A stretch of 41,685 nucleotides of DNA from NCBI GenBank assembly GCA_001655205.1, contig LPNZ01011587.1, forward strand, positions 1-41,685, read 5' to 3'. Source of the stretch: Lenisia limosa. Taxonomy: Eukaryota; Protista; Breviatea. Positions 24,201 through 36,900 of this stretch are shown here, piece after piece. Both the position numbers and the translations under genes were made by a program. Numbering within the stretch: position 1 is the first letter of the stretch; each line of letters begins with the position of its first letter. The notes beneath the pieces were generated by a model. That model saw nothing but the letters and a program-made list of their open reading frames with translations. It ran no database searches and had not been told where the DNA came from.

Positions 24201-27200
24201 GGATTTACCCACATGCACTCAGGGGTGTTCTACAATTATTAAATGATTGATAATGGTATTTAAATGGGTTCTAAGCACTTTCATCTTTTTTATTAAGCAA
24301 GCACAAGACAATAACTATTGGACAAATTGAAGATATTTCATCAAGCTAAATGAAAAGATTTGATTATTTATAAAATTTAGTGTAATTGTCAGTTATGTTG
24401 TTTTCAAATAGTCTCACCTCAGGGACTGTAGGAGTTGCTAAATACGTTAAAGAACCTCTACGAGCTCCTGGCTGGGAGTGGGGGCCGTGAATTGAGAAAA
24501 TCGATCAATAAGAAAAATATCCGTTTTGATGAGAAATAGTTTCAAACACATGTTTTGATGATTCAACCTGCCAACAGATATCTGATAGAACTGGTCTAGG
24601 GGAAGCGTGTGTTTGTTTGGGCGTGTGGTGGATTTTGTCTAAATATTGTGAGCGTTGTTATACCCAATAGTTACCACAAAATACTCACCTTCTGGGTGTC
24701 AGTTGACATTAAAGACGCCTGTGAGTCAGTAATTACCTGTAGTCCAGTTTTACGGGACAAAATCTACGTTGTTAATCAGATTATCATAATGTCATGCAGG
24801 TTTCGACTAATGTGAACACTAAAACTAAACAATGTGTTTGATACAAACCCCTACCTTATACTTCACATTCAAAGCGGCTTGAGTCATGTGGTTATTAATT
24901 CCCACTTGTGCAAAGTCATTTACATCACTAAATGTTGTTTACAAAATGACAAAAGGTAGATTGAAAGCCATTGTGTTTTGAGGTCAAGAAATCTTTTAGG
25001 AGCAACAAATAACAAATTTATTTTGAAAATTAACAAAATAGTATTGATCTCACACTAACTGTTTTTGGATGAGAACAACCTATTCTGCCCACCTTAGCTG
25101 AATATCACCAAGTAACATGTTTTCTGGTAATTTTTCTTGCAATTTGCTAAAAATGGTCATTTTGTAAGACTCTAATGACACAATATCCATATTGAACCAA
25201 TTGAGCTAACTTGATCATTTTTTGGTGACTGAAAGAATATGAACTCCAGAGTCTATTACATTGGACAAAAATAAAGGCAATTGGACAGTCATTAGAGTTC
25301 TGTTGTGAACTAAAGTTTTGTGACAACATCATTCTGTTAGAATAATCCCACCTTTTCCATAAGCCTCTTTCAAGTACCAGCATCTGCTTGTTCACATTTG
25401 GCGAAAATAAATTGGCTGCTACAATTGTGTAAAATATATCAGATAGAATACTAGTATTATATCATATGTTCTAATAATATAGTGTAGTATATAATAAGAT
25501 TTGATTACAAATGGATTTTTATCCAGCTCATATCATTATTTGGATCACTTTCACACAAGTAATGATATCGATAAATACATATACTACATGTAGTGCTCCA
25601 GATAAGCTGCACTCATATCTTTACCTCGTTTTAGTCTACTACCATCATTTTTTTTAATAAAAACAGTGTTAGGTTGGAGCTAATCCAAAACTCGATTTTT
25701 TAAAATGAACTGAACCGATATTTACATACCATATGTGGAAATATGCGAATATTGGATGTTTTATGAGTAAATATTGGGGAAATTAACTAAATAGACAGTG
25801 TACGGTTTTGGTGCGCTTGTAACTTTGAAATACAAGTTTTGGCGGTGACAGGTTTTGGTGCGCTTTTAATTTAAGATGACTCAATGTATATTGTGAAAGA
25901 ATCAGATATGACAACATAAAATAAAGGCTGAACTTACTATTGGACGTCGGAACTTTTTCATAGTCTCTATCATGGCGGAATGAAAAGTCCCAAATAAATG
26001 TGGGGTTAGTCCACAAAGACAATTTATTTGTCAACCAGCTATATAAAGTCTCAATCAGAAGTATCCGTGTGTACCTAAAGGATGTTGAACAATCACCCCA
26101 TGAGATGGATAAACCTTCTGGAAAGCAAAGAACCACCACTTCCGATCAAGATAAGCTACTCTGAAACTGTAGTTTGTGCTGATGAGGTTTAACAAGTAAC
26201 AAAGAAAAGGTTTCAAAATTCCAGAAAATATTATCTCATAATAGTAAAAATTTCCTTTTTTGGGAAGTAAAAATCAGTTCAGTTCATTTCAAAAAATCTG
26301 GTTTGGAAACATAAACTTGGAGTCTTTAGCTCCAACCTAGTACTTTTTCTACTAAAAATGATGGTAGTAGACTCTAAAATGAGGTAAAGACATGAGTGCA
26401 GCTCTTTATCTGGAGCACTGTATATATCATATATATTTTTAAGCACGTGGTCTATTTCTTTAAGTCGTCATTAGTCATCAGTTTCTGTGTTTTGACAGTT
26501 CTATTTAGTAAAAAAACTATTTTCAACATTTTTCATAAAAACAAAATTTTTTTAAAAAAAAGTACAGCCTAGAGTTCAGTTCATTGCCTTTTGTCCTTTT
26601 TTTTTCTTCAAACCCCCTTTTTATGTAAGTTGATAAATTATTGTTGTATTGTTTTAAAGATTATAATCTCAGCAAGTTGTCATTAAGTTTCTTTTCTTGA
26701 TAAAGCGCATTTAAGACCCTCAAAAGAAGGGGGACATTCTCTCTTTTTACCGGACCAAGGCATCCGCGGCAAGAGTCGGTAAGCCACGGTGTGTCCATGA
26801 AAATTGATCATATTCATTTATATACTTCATACACTCATATATTTTTTATTTTTAAGCTTTAATTTCACTTACAAGTTTTTATTGAGGATACGAAGAATTC
26901 CAACTGTTTGATGTTTATTGTTCATATTATATTGTATTTCTTAATACTGTACTTGTTTACGACGTGTTCGTATTTTGTATTTTTACTAATCGTCTAGAGA
27001 TGCCTAAACCCAAAGCAAATCGCTTCATTCCAACGAACAAACCGCTTCTGTCTGATGGTTGGAAGTTTCAAAACAAAGTTGAGAAAAACAAAATCATGAA
27101 CNNNNNNNNNNNNNNNNNNNNNNNNNNNNNNNNNNNNNNNNNNNNNNNNNNNNNNNNNNNNNNNNNNNNNNNNNNNNNNNNNNNNNNNNNNNNNNNNNNN

Positions 27201-30200
27201 NNNNNNNNNNNNNNNNNNNNNNNNNNNNNNNNNNNNNNNNNNNNNNNNNNNNNNNNNNNNNNNNNNNNNNNNNNNNNNNNNNNNNNNNNNNNNTGAAGAT
27301 GTTGCTGATACAGCCTGGTCTTCATGTTTTTTTTTGCTCATATATCAGGTAATTGCGAATGCCAATGAGCTCAAGGCAGATCGAGCTTGTAATGTAGAAG
27401 TTAACAGAGGTGGCATTCTTGCACCTTCTACAACGACACTTACAAAGCTTGTGAAAAAACAAAAGAAAAAAAAGTAACATGTTGTAAACATCTATTATTT
27501 ACCCTTGATACAAGTTGACTGTGTTGATGAAATGATATTATTGTGAGGAAGAAAATTTATTTTTTGTTTAAAAGTGTGTGCATGTAATTTGAACAAAGGG
27601 CTAAGTACTGGATCAAAAACAGAGAGTGAGCTAAAAACTCGAGAAAAAAAAATAAGCAACGGGAAAGGGGAATAAATATCTGCGCCTGAGCATATATATG
27701 TTTACTATGTATCTAGGATTGAATATGAGAATTTTTTAGAACCATTATGAAAACAGATAACAATACTAAAAGCTTGTTTCTCTATAATTATCAGTGACTT
27801 CCCAGATCCCTTACCGCCATAGTTGTCCAAGTTGCTATTGTTTGGTTTGTTGGTAATATTTTGCAGTGTTGTCATTCGGTTTTGAATAGGTTCTGCAAAA
27901 TCAAATAAATTCGTAGATTTAAAAACTTTGGAGTTGATTTTTATGTTTTTATAAACGGAATAGATAATATTTAATTATATGCTGTACCTGAAATAAATAT
28001 TACAAGAAATTGGAATTCAATACAACTTCTGTCTTACGTTGAGCTGTGGTAGGAGAAGGGGGCTTGTTGTGGCTATCAAGAATAATAGGGTTTGTACTCC
28101 TAAGATATGATTTTAAAAAACTTGTACCAATGTAACTCAATTACAAGTAAATAATTTGCAAGTGGAACTGCTGGAACAATGACGAGAAACTGGAGAAACT
28201 TTTGAAAAAGTGTATAAAATTACCTTTTAGGAGTGGGAGGCTCGGGAGTTGATGCGTCCTTCAGATTTTGTCCAAAATTTTGGCTTTTGGCAACCTACAT
28301 TTTGTTATTGGGAAACATGACGTCCATTGAGAATTTAATGTTCAAAAGTGGTCTCAATTGTTGCATACCTGCATAGAAGTGTTCATTCCAGACATGCGAA
28401 GAGGTGATTTTGACATCAGCATCACATTCATGGACTGAGCCTCCATAAGTGCTACAAATAATCATTGTCGGGAAGGATATTGTATATTATATGATAGGTA
28501 TCGATTAAAAAAAGAAGAACAAATATTTGAAATCGCTCTTCAGTTCACTATTCATAATTTTGCATTGTTAAACATCCCCAACAACTACAATCAATGTTGT
28601 CCAACGAATAAAACTTACTAGGAGGTTCATCTTGCAGGATACTACTACTTCTTGCTCTTTGTGCCTAAATCATAAATAAGTATGTATATATATATGTATG
28701 TATGTAAATTCAAGAGTATCACTACTTGTGCAAAAAACAGAGAGGTAAGCTAAAAAGAAGTGTGTCCTGCTTGGCAAGAGCCAAATTTTGTAATGATTTC
28801 TATGTGATATTCATCACGATGGTGAGAATGATGATGATGATGGTAATGATGATGATGATGATGATGTTGAATGTGAGTACCCCTACGGTACCAAAAATAA
28901 GAATATGTTGATATGATACTCATTGCGTGATTTATGTATAATGGCAGTTATTCAATTCTATAACACTTTGTAACACAGATACACCCCCACCTGGATACCC
29001 TTTGCCGCTTCTCTTGGTGACTGTAAGCCCTGGGATAGTTAGTTTTGCATTATCACAGGCAGAAAGCCGGCGTTGAAAGAGTGGATACTCAGCTTACTGA
29101 AGTTACAATATTTGGTCTATTTATGATGCCTGAACTAGAATATCTTCGTTGAACCTGAACATTTTGTGAGATAAAAACAGGGTAACTATCCCAATTGTAT
29201 TTCAATTTTGTCTCAAAAATAACAATTGCAACACAACTCAAGAACAATCATACTTGGGGTACAGGATGAAGCGTTTGCTGGGACTTGGACCCTGACATTT
29301 TGGAAATTGTTGATGTTAGAATTTTTGATGATGCACGCTCCATTAGAATCTATAAGTTATTGGAATAATTGACCAATAAGTCACAATGACACTATGCTAC
29401 ACTTGAAATGAACCCTAATGGGACTCTTCGTCGTTTATTTCGACCTTAATGCTGATCATATGATCGTATCAATTGTGGATATGGATAAACATATCTTGTG
29501 ATTTCAGAGATGCAACAAGTCCAAGGTACCTGCGATGGGCTTGATGATGTTTTGATATCGGTTACATTGACTATTTCCATCAGGCTATCTGAGCTTATGA
29601 CATCAAGCAGCTGGGTGGTGAGGACAAGTTCAAAGTATTTGACAATATGTATGGTCTGTCTTATTATAAATGGCTACCTCATATGGCAGTTCGTTCTCGA
29701 TTATTTCTACGTCCGCAATCAGAGAATGCTTATAGTCCTAAATAAGTAAAATCAAGATTTGCTGAGTTTGGTTACATGAACAGTTGACCAACATCTGAAA
29801 TAATGCTGAGAATGGTACAAATTCTCCACATATCATGATTTCGAAGACTCCTAAAATTGTAAGCGACAGTGTATTTGAACAAAGCATAATAATATTCCAG
29901 GAACCAACCTTGATGCAATTGGAATTCCTTCCCGAGGATCTGATAAATACCTAAATGAATAAGAATATAAACGGAGTAGATATTTCTCATGTATACAGTC
30001 TAATCAATTTCATTCAGTTATAATTCCATTTTATGAAAATCCGTTTTTCTTACTTTTTCTCACTTGTGCCTGTGGGATACATTCTACAATGTCATTATGG
30101 AGAAATCAAATATATTTGTTTTTCAGAAATTCAATCATTGATAACTCAATCCTTGACCCTGCTTAGAATGAAATGTGTATAACCCCATCTATCTCTAAAT

Positions 30201-33200
30201 GAAGTTTGTAACAACTCACAATTGCGACTGCTTCAACCTAGTTGTTGGTAGGTCACTATCATTATTAAATGAGCCTAGGTTAATAAGCACTTTGTTTGAA
30301 CAAAGACACAACATAAAACCATCGCCAAACCAGATAAGCTTAAAGAACTACTGTCTTTTGTCAGGACATTCTGGTGAAATATAAATGAATACATATTTCA
30401 TAATTGCTTACCAATCCACTTGTTCCCTTATCTGATACTTTCTTAGATGTTTTGTTCTCAGGACTCGCAGCTAAATGACATCAGTCATTTTTAATTGTAT
30501 TCTCAGTATTTTGGAAACTTAGAAAAAACGGAATGGAGATTAAGAACCGTTAAACAGATGGTGAATGGTGTAATCCGAATGAAATACCAAACACAGAACC
30601 CTAACATACGTTTGTATGGAGTCATACTGTTGTCATCTCTAATGGACACATTGGATCGCCTAAACCAAATTAAATAGCAAAAGTAATAGAGTTACCTACA
30701 TATAGTAGATATTTAGATTTAGTCTGAGCAGTTACATTTTATCACAAAAATATTTTTTAAATATAATTGTAAGTTTTGTAAAAGTCTACAGTTGGCAACT
30801 ATCAAAACTAGCTTACGCTGAATTCATTCTTGATATTGACTGTGAACGTTGAAATCCGGAATTATTATCATTGCTAGTCGCTGGGGAATATTAGCAACAC
30901 AACAGTTTGATTCAACCAAATCATCTTGATAAATTCAAGCTGTTCAATATCACATTAAACTACTTACCAGTGTGAGCTTTTTGAGATGCAAATAATTTCG
31001 TTCTAAAAAATATAATTTATAATTGATTTCAAAACTCAATAACCAAAAGCATCCAACTAACTTAAATACCGATGCGCTCTTGATCACATTCAGAGTGTAT
31101 ATGTCTAGAAGCACACAAAAAGGGTTTGCTTTTGACGCTAAAGCCCTAGCTTCCGACACGGTGTCACCAAAACACTTCCACCGCAGTACTTTTCCTCCTA
31201 AACTATCATTTATACACAATTGGAATACAGGAAAATGCAGCATTGATAGAAACCTAATTTGTTAAATGTTTGGTTTGTTCGTTATGACTAAGGGCATACC
31301 TAGCAATCCAGATATAGCCGGTCCTGTAGTTACAGCGCCAGATGGCAAGAAATCTGACTCGAACTTTTCCACCACTAGAATCTAATTGATCAACATTACC
31401 TCGATTTGTGTATTATAATTGAAGATTATTGATGAAGAAGAACAAATCAAGAAGGCTTCTGGCAAACCATTGCAGCAGCCAAGTCGAGAGCACTGACAGC
31501 GGCATCTGTTGTCCAAGATGGCATTCCATAGGCAACCGTGAAGCAGTCGGTAGTTTGATCAATCATATGCCTGAATAAAAATAAATATATCTTGGCTACA
31601 ACCTACCCATTTTTAAATTTGACAAGTGAATCAAAAGCTAAAGCAATTCTGGAATACCTGGTGCAAAACTATACGATGAAAAATAGGGATGCACTTTGAG
31701 CCTACGTCTTTTGCGCTCAAATTGTTAAACTCCAGTGTAAACTAGAATTTAAGGCAATGAATAGAGGTGTCACAAAAGCAAAAATCGAATAAAATCTAAG
31801 AGAGATTGAGGACTTACTTTGATGCAAATTACTGATATGTTCTCAAGTTTTTGCACGTCCCTATCTTGCATAAGTCCTTCATCAATCTTCATAAGGATGT
31901 GGTTTGGGATAAGAGATTTGCTGATACTTTCTACAGAATATTAATGATGAGAAGACGATTGTGTTTGTTATTGTTTCACATCAAATCTTTGAGTGTTTTC
32001 TTACCTATTTTCCTATCCACTTCTAAATATTGACTTCGTATATGAACGTCATACTCAATGTTATGGTTCTGGAAAGATAATTGGCGAAGCAGATATGTTG
32101 ATAATAGAGTTACCTTACCTTTCTTATTTTGACTGCAATGATGACAAAAATTGAAGACAGACCGACAATAACTGTGTCAATGTAGAACTCCTTGATAAAG
32201 AGGGAGAGTAATATGATAGTGGCGATCCATGACATTGTTGCCGTTATTACACACGCAGCTACACTCAGTCCAGACAAAACTAAGTTGTGAAATGTCTGAC
32301 TGAAAGGCACAGGCATAACCGCAACATTTACCTACCAAATGAAAGACCTAATAGCATAGCTATGGTGGTACAAACACTGAACTCAAGGTCTTCAGTTAGC
32401 ATATCTGAGACTATCGACAAATACGACAACATGATGGCAGTTGATAGGAGAACTGTTATTGCTCGTTCCTTCTCGGCCCATGTTGCTAATACAATCTGTT
32501 TGTTGAGATTTAACTATTTCTTCCTTGTTTTATGATCGATTATTTTTGCACTTTCTGCTTACCAATGCAAAGTCTGTTTTTGGCTCATAACCACTTTCTG
32601 AAGCACTTCCCCTAGAAATACCCTATATTGGTGAGTTGAAAGGTGAAATCTAATTCACGGCTGTAAGTCAAAAAGTGATGTATTGCTTATACATGTTCCC
32701 AAACAAACCTCAAGCACCGCGTTTTTGTTGAGAGTTCTTCTTCTCTGAACCTCTTTGGCGTGTCTAATAGTCACTTATGCAACAAGAAAATCCCATACCA
32801 AATGTAAATACATGAAAATGAACAGTACGGACGGGCTTATTTCCCCTTATTATATGATATATACTGCACATAGTTGACATGTTTCCTCTAGATTCACGAC
32901 ATACTGTTGAATTTGGCGTGTAGTCACGTTGATGATTGCAATCGCGGCCATAAGTATCAAAGCCAACAAACCATGCGTAAACCAAAAGAGCAAAGAGAGC
33001 TCATTTGTCCAAAAGAGGATAAACATGAAAACATAGCCGATATTCGCAAATGACAGAGAGATGGCAGTGAAATGATTGTCAAAAATGGCTGAGAGTGACG
33101 CTGAGGACTCAAGTGAAATATTCTAAAATGTTAAATGCCAATCTGCATCCGTAAGGTTCTAATACATTCTCAATGTCTGCCTGTTGCTGACTATCCCCTT

Positions 33201-33600
33201 ACTCTCAGATATTCATCTTCAATGTTTTCTTCTAAGTGGTAAGTTTGGATACTAATAACAAATGAGGGAAAGGGCACTGACATCAGACATCAAGAACCGC
33301 CCATGATTCCATTTGGCAATCAATAACATCAATACATCTACCTCGCCGCCCACGAGGTGCAATTCGACTTCCGTTTGCATCCAAATGCATTTTCCTTTCC
33401 TAATATCAAGGAATTTTGCGACCACAACCGATCACAATAAAACCTGACAAGTAAATTGGTACCAAAGTTCAACACAGGAAGTAATCTCAAAGATACAACA
33501 ATTTGAGTAAATATAAAATTTATATTAAATGGTATTGGTATCCACCTGTGTCTGGCGTACCAAAGAAGCGCGGGCACAGTGGATGCCCAGTGAACCCCAA
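21231..33600 (-). CDS. Class III nucleotide cyclase-like membrane protein (TM block-cyclase-TM block-cyclase), predicted catalytically inactive; 5' end approximate
   Basis: TM block 1 lies at about 33110-32110. Cyclase 1 (about 31930-31075): SKSLIPNHI, ENISVICIK, AFDSL, QTTDCFTVAYGMP, VTTGPAISGLLGGKVLRWKCFGDTVSEARAL. TM block 2 lies at about 23950-22830. Cyclase 2 (about 22700-21231): IYELLLPSY, SVTIIRVSAKNF, VYNAFTDGDTWM-GISGVP, LTVGIASGSIVTAIIPSQQPRFILWGALMKRVQELE. Stop at 21231-21233. The middle of the linker is not fully resolved because of an N gap. Confidence 0.85.
25591..26420. mobile_element. Non-autonomous Tc1/mariner-like foldback element (family D) with long TIRs, intronic
   Basis: Left end (t)agtgctccagataagctgcactcatatctttacctc... 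matches the reverse complement of the right end ...gaggtaaagacatgagtgcagctctttatctggagcactg|ta over about 140 bp with indels. CAGTG/CACTG-type terminus with TA on the right flank. No transposase ORF. Confidence 0.8.
28828..28866. repeat. (ATG/CAT)n microsatellite
   Basis: atgatgatgatgatggtaatgatgatgatgatgatgatg. Confidence 0.9.
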
Positions 33601-33955
33601 AACGGACCAATACCCTGCGAAGCGAGGGACCCCACCTGGTGTCCGCTCAATTGTCTTACCTCAGAGCTTTAAGGTAAGAGTAATTCAGTAAGTTTTTAAT
33701 CTTTTAATTTTAATTATTTAAGAGACACTTAGGTTATGTACTCTTTGGGGAAGATAACCAAAAAGGGAAACCCGAGCCAAACTGAGCCAAATCTCTGACC
33801 AAATTTGGTGAATTAGGCTTGAAAGAGATTTTTTCAATTTCAGTCTCCAAACGCGGTTAGTCAACAATCTTTAGTAAATCAAGTGTAGATAGCGTATTGA
33901 AACGTTTTTTTTTCTTTGTACGAGAGTCCGTTGATACCTGTTGGTTGAATAAGCC

Positions 33956-36900
33956 ATGAATGGTACACATTCGCAAAATGGACAATCAGTTAAGTCGCAT
34001 TTAGCCTCATGTAAGTTGTATTCATATTCACGTAATTAAAGACACCTTCTTTGCTCCTTTTTAGCACAGTTACATCTTGACATTGTAGTGTCTGAACGGA
34101 TTACGGCCTTCAAAGCGTTGACAGAGTCAAGAAAGACAGGTTTGTAACGTCTAATATCATTGCTTCCTCCTTTCCAACCCCGCAGAACATGTATACAGCA
34201 AGACTATTGACTTAATACGTCATATACAATCTAAATGCCGAAATTACTCTTTGCCCAGGAAAGTCAGGCTACTCGCCTCGATCCTCTCAACCAGCTCCTC
34301 CACCGCCAGCCTCCCAGCAGACTTACTCTGATGTGGTGCCAATGTCAACGAGCGATATCTTGGAGAGGCTAGCAAGGGAGCGAACTGCGAAAGGTTTGTG
34401 GCGAATGGTGTGACGAGATCTTACTATTGCATTTTTAACTGCCGTCATCAGTTTCTATTTGTTAAACCATTGATTCCTTGTGTAATTTTTTAAACTTCTC
34501 TTTTTTTGAAGTATTTAATTATTTACCCCTTAGCTCAACCTTCTCCAAGTGACATCATAATACTGCCATCTTTGCATGGTGAGGGATCTGTTAATTTATT
34601 GTTTTGGGTCTGTCTGTGATACTGGGGTTTGCATTGTTTCAACCTTGATGGAGGCACAATGACCAGTGCAAGAGATGTTTATTGATTTTGAGAGTCACAT
34701 CATATGTGTGTAATATTTGTCATGGTTTGAGTCATTGTTTCCCTTTTACATCGCGAGTTGGGCTTTATTATTAATTGTTGGTGAAATCTCTTCATTTTCT
34801 TTTTGATATGCATTGAGTTTACGGTGTAGACACTTCGCGCTCTGAGTCATCTCCACAAAACCCTCTCCCGCACCCATCCCAGCAAAACCACACCCCTCAA
34901 ATTGCCCACCACAGCCCGCAGATGGATGATGATGGCCGTTTGGAGGCTGAGTGCTTGTCCAATAGCCTTGGTAGGCAACACTGTGTTATTTACGTTGGAC
35001 GACAAAATATGATATGATTTTCTTAATAATATATTGCTGCGTCTTCTGTAATTCATCCAGTCTTTTTCCATTATATCATATGATATATTACTCTGCTTTT
35101 CATCTTTAGTTTTCATTGGCTCACAAATACCAGGCACTAGAGAGTCCCTCATGAGCCAGTCAGGGCCACTAATGCTCGATGTTGAAGGGGTCAATCTCTT
35201 GAAAAATGTAGGCTATCCTTTACACTTCTTCTGTAATGTCGTTTTTTCCAAATGTATCTTCAAAGTTGTCAAAACTCTAACATCATATCAAAATTAAAAT
35301 GCTGTTTTCCTTGAAAAAGAATGTTCCAATTTTTACTCCATGAAAATTTTGATTTGGAACTTAAAGAAATGATTCATGTTTATAATCTTAACTTAAGAAT
35401 ACTCATCTATAATCGTTCACAGCTTATTCATTTTTTTTGCAGCGTATTCAGGCGGTGGAAGCGCAAATGGATCAGGAGCGATCGGCCCGCAAATTGGCCG
35501 AAGATGACGGTTTGTGATATTTTTATAGGGTTTTCTAAAAATGGATGAAAGAGACCCGGCTGTTTTCTTGAAAGACAAACTATCCATGATTCTAGAAGTT
35601 GTGATTTTGCATCAAAATGAACAACATTCTTGCTTATTCGCCTTATTCCGCAGCCTCAAAAGCTTTGGAGGTGGTGACAGCTGCTGAGAATGAACTCGTG
35701 AAATGGAGGGCAAATTCAGCAGACCTTGAGAAGATTACAATGGAAAAGGTTGGGTATTTCTATTTGAATTGAGGACAGGCACATGCCGAGTGAATTTCTG
35801 GAAGTCCTCTCCCAATTTTTCTTTCACACTTCAAAAAATCATTCATTTTTCATAACATATTCACGTACGCTAGAGTTGGGATGCCACTGACCTGGGCTTT
35901 GTTTGTTTAGTTGTTATCAACCCTCGTGTGTTGTGCCAACAGAGTTGATTTTGAGCATTATTTGTCCCCCCCCCCCTCTAGGACGAGAGACTGCAACAGC
36001 ATGTCACTCATCTGGAGGCAGCCTTGCGGAAACTGAGTCAGACTGAAGCCGAACGAGCAAGTCTTGAGAAGAGAGTCGAGGCCATGGCTGATGTGGGAGG
36101 TGGCTGTTTCCGCTTACAAAACCACCTTATTCCCGATCCAGAGTATTAGATTTTTTTTTTGTTTCATTGATTCCATTTTTTTATCACATCACCCTCCAGT
36201 CCAACATGACTTCCAACGAGTCATTTAATGCCGAGATTGAGACGCTGAAGAACAAAATCAGTTCTCGCGACTCGGACCTTGACAGATACAGTCATCGAAT
36301 TAAAGTTGGAGCCTGGGATGAAGACAACTTCTTACTTCCTATAATTGTATAATAACTATTCTCTCAAGTGCTAAAGTCTGTAAAATTATTACATGGTCTT
36401 TTTGACTTGCTGGATCTGTGCACTTCTTCAAAACTAAACACCACTTTTTCGAATACTTTTTGATTGATAATGATGTCCAGGTTTTCTAGTTTAGTGAATC
36501 AATGCTACCGGTGTATCATCTTCAATATTACTTATTCTCCAGGAGCTGGAATCCGAGTCCGAGGCCCTTCGAGTAGTTCGTGATAAAGCCCTCGTGGAAA
36601 ATGATGGCTTTATGAAGGAGATCCGGGTTCTTAAAGACTCACAAAAGTCGGAAATTCGAGCGTTGGAAGAGAGTCATAGTGGCGAAACAAGGGTTGGTGT
36701 GGGAATCTTCTAAATGTTTAGGTGCCCATAATACTGTCCCTGCAAACTTTGATTCCGACTTAACGTACAAGGTCTTACAAGCTCGAGTGGAAGCTCGCGA
36801 CTCAGCTGAAAGGGACCTCCAAGCTCAAATTGCTCAATTAGAAAGTGGGAGAAGGAGTTTGCCAAAATGACCAGGAATAACCCGAACCCAGAGACTGTAC

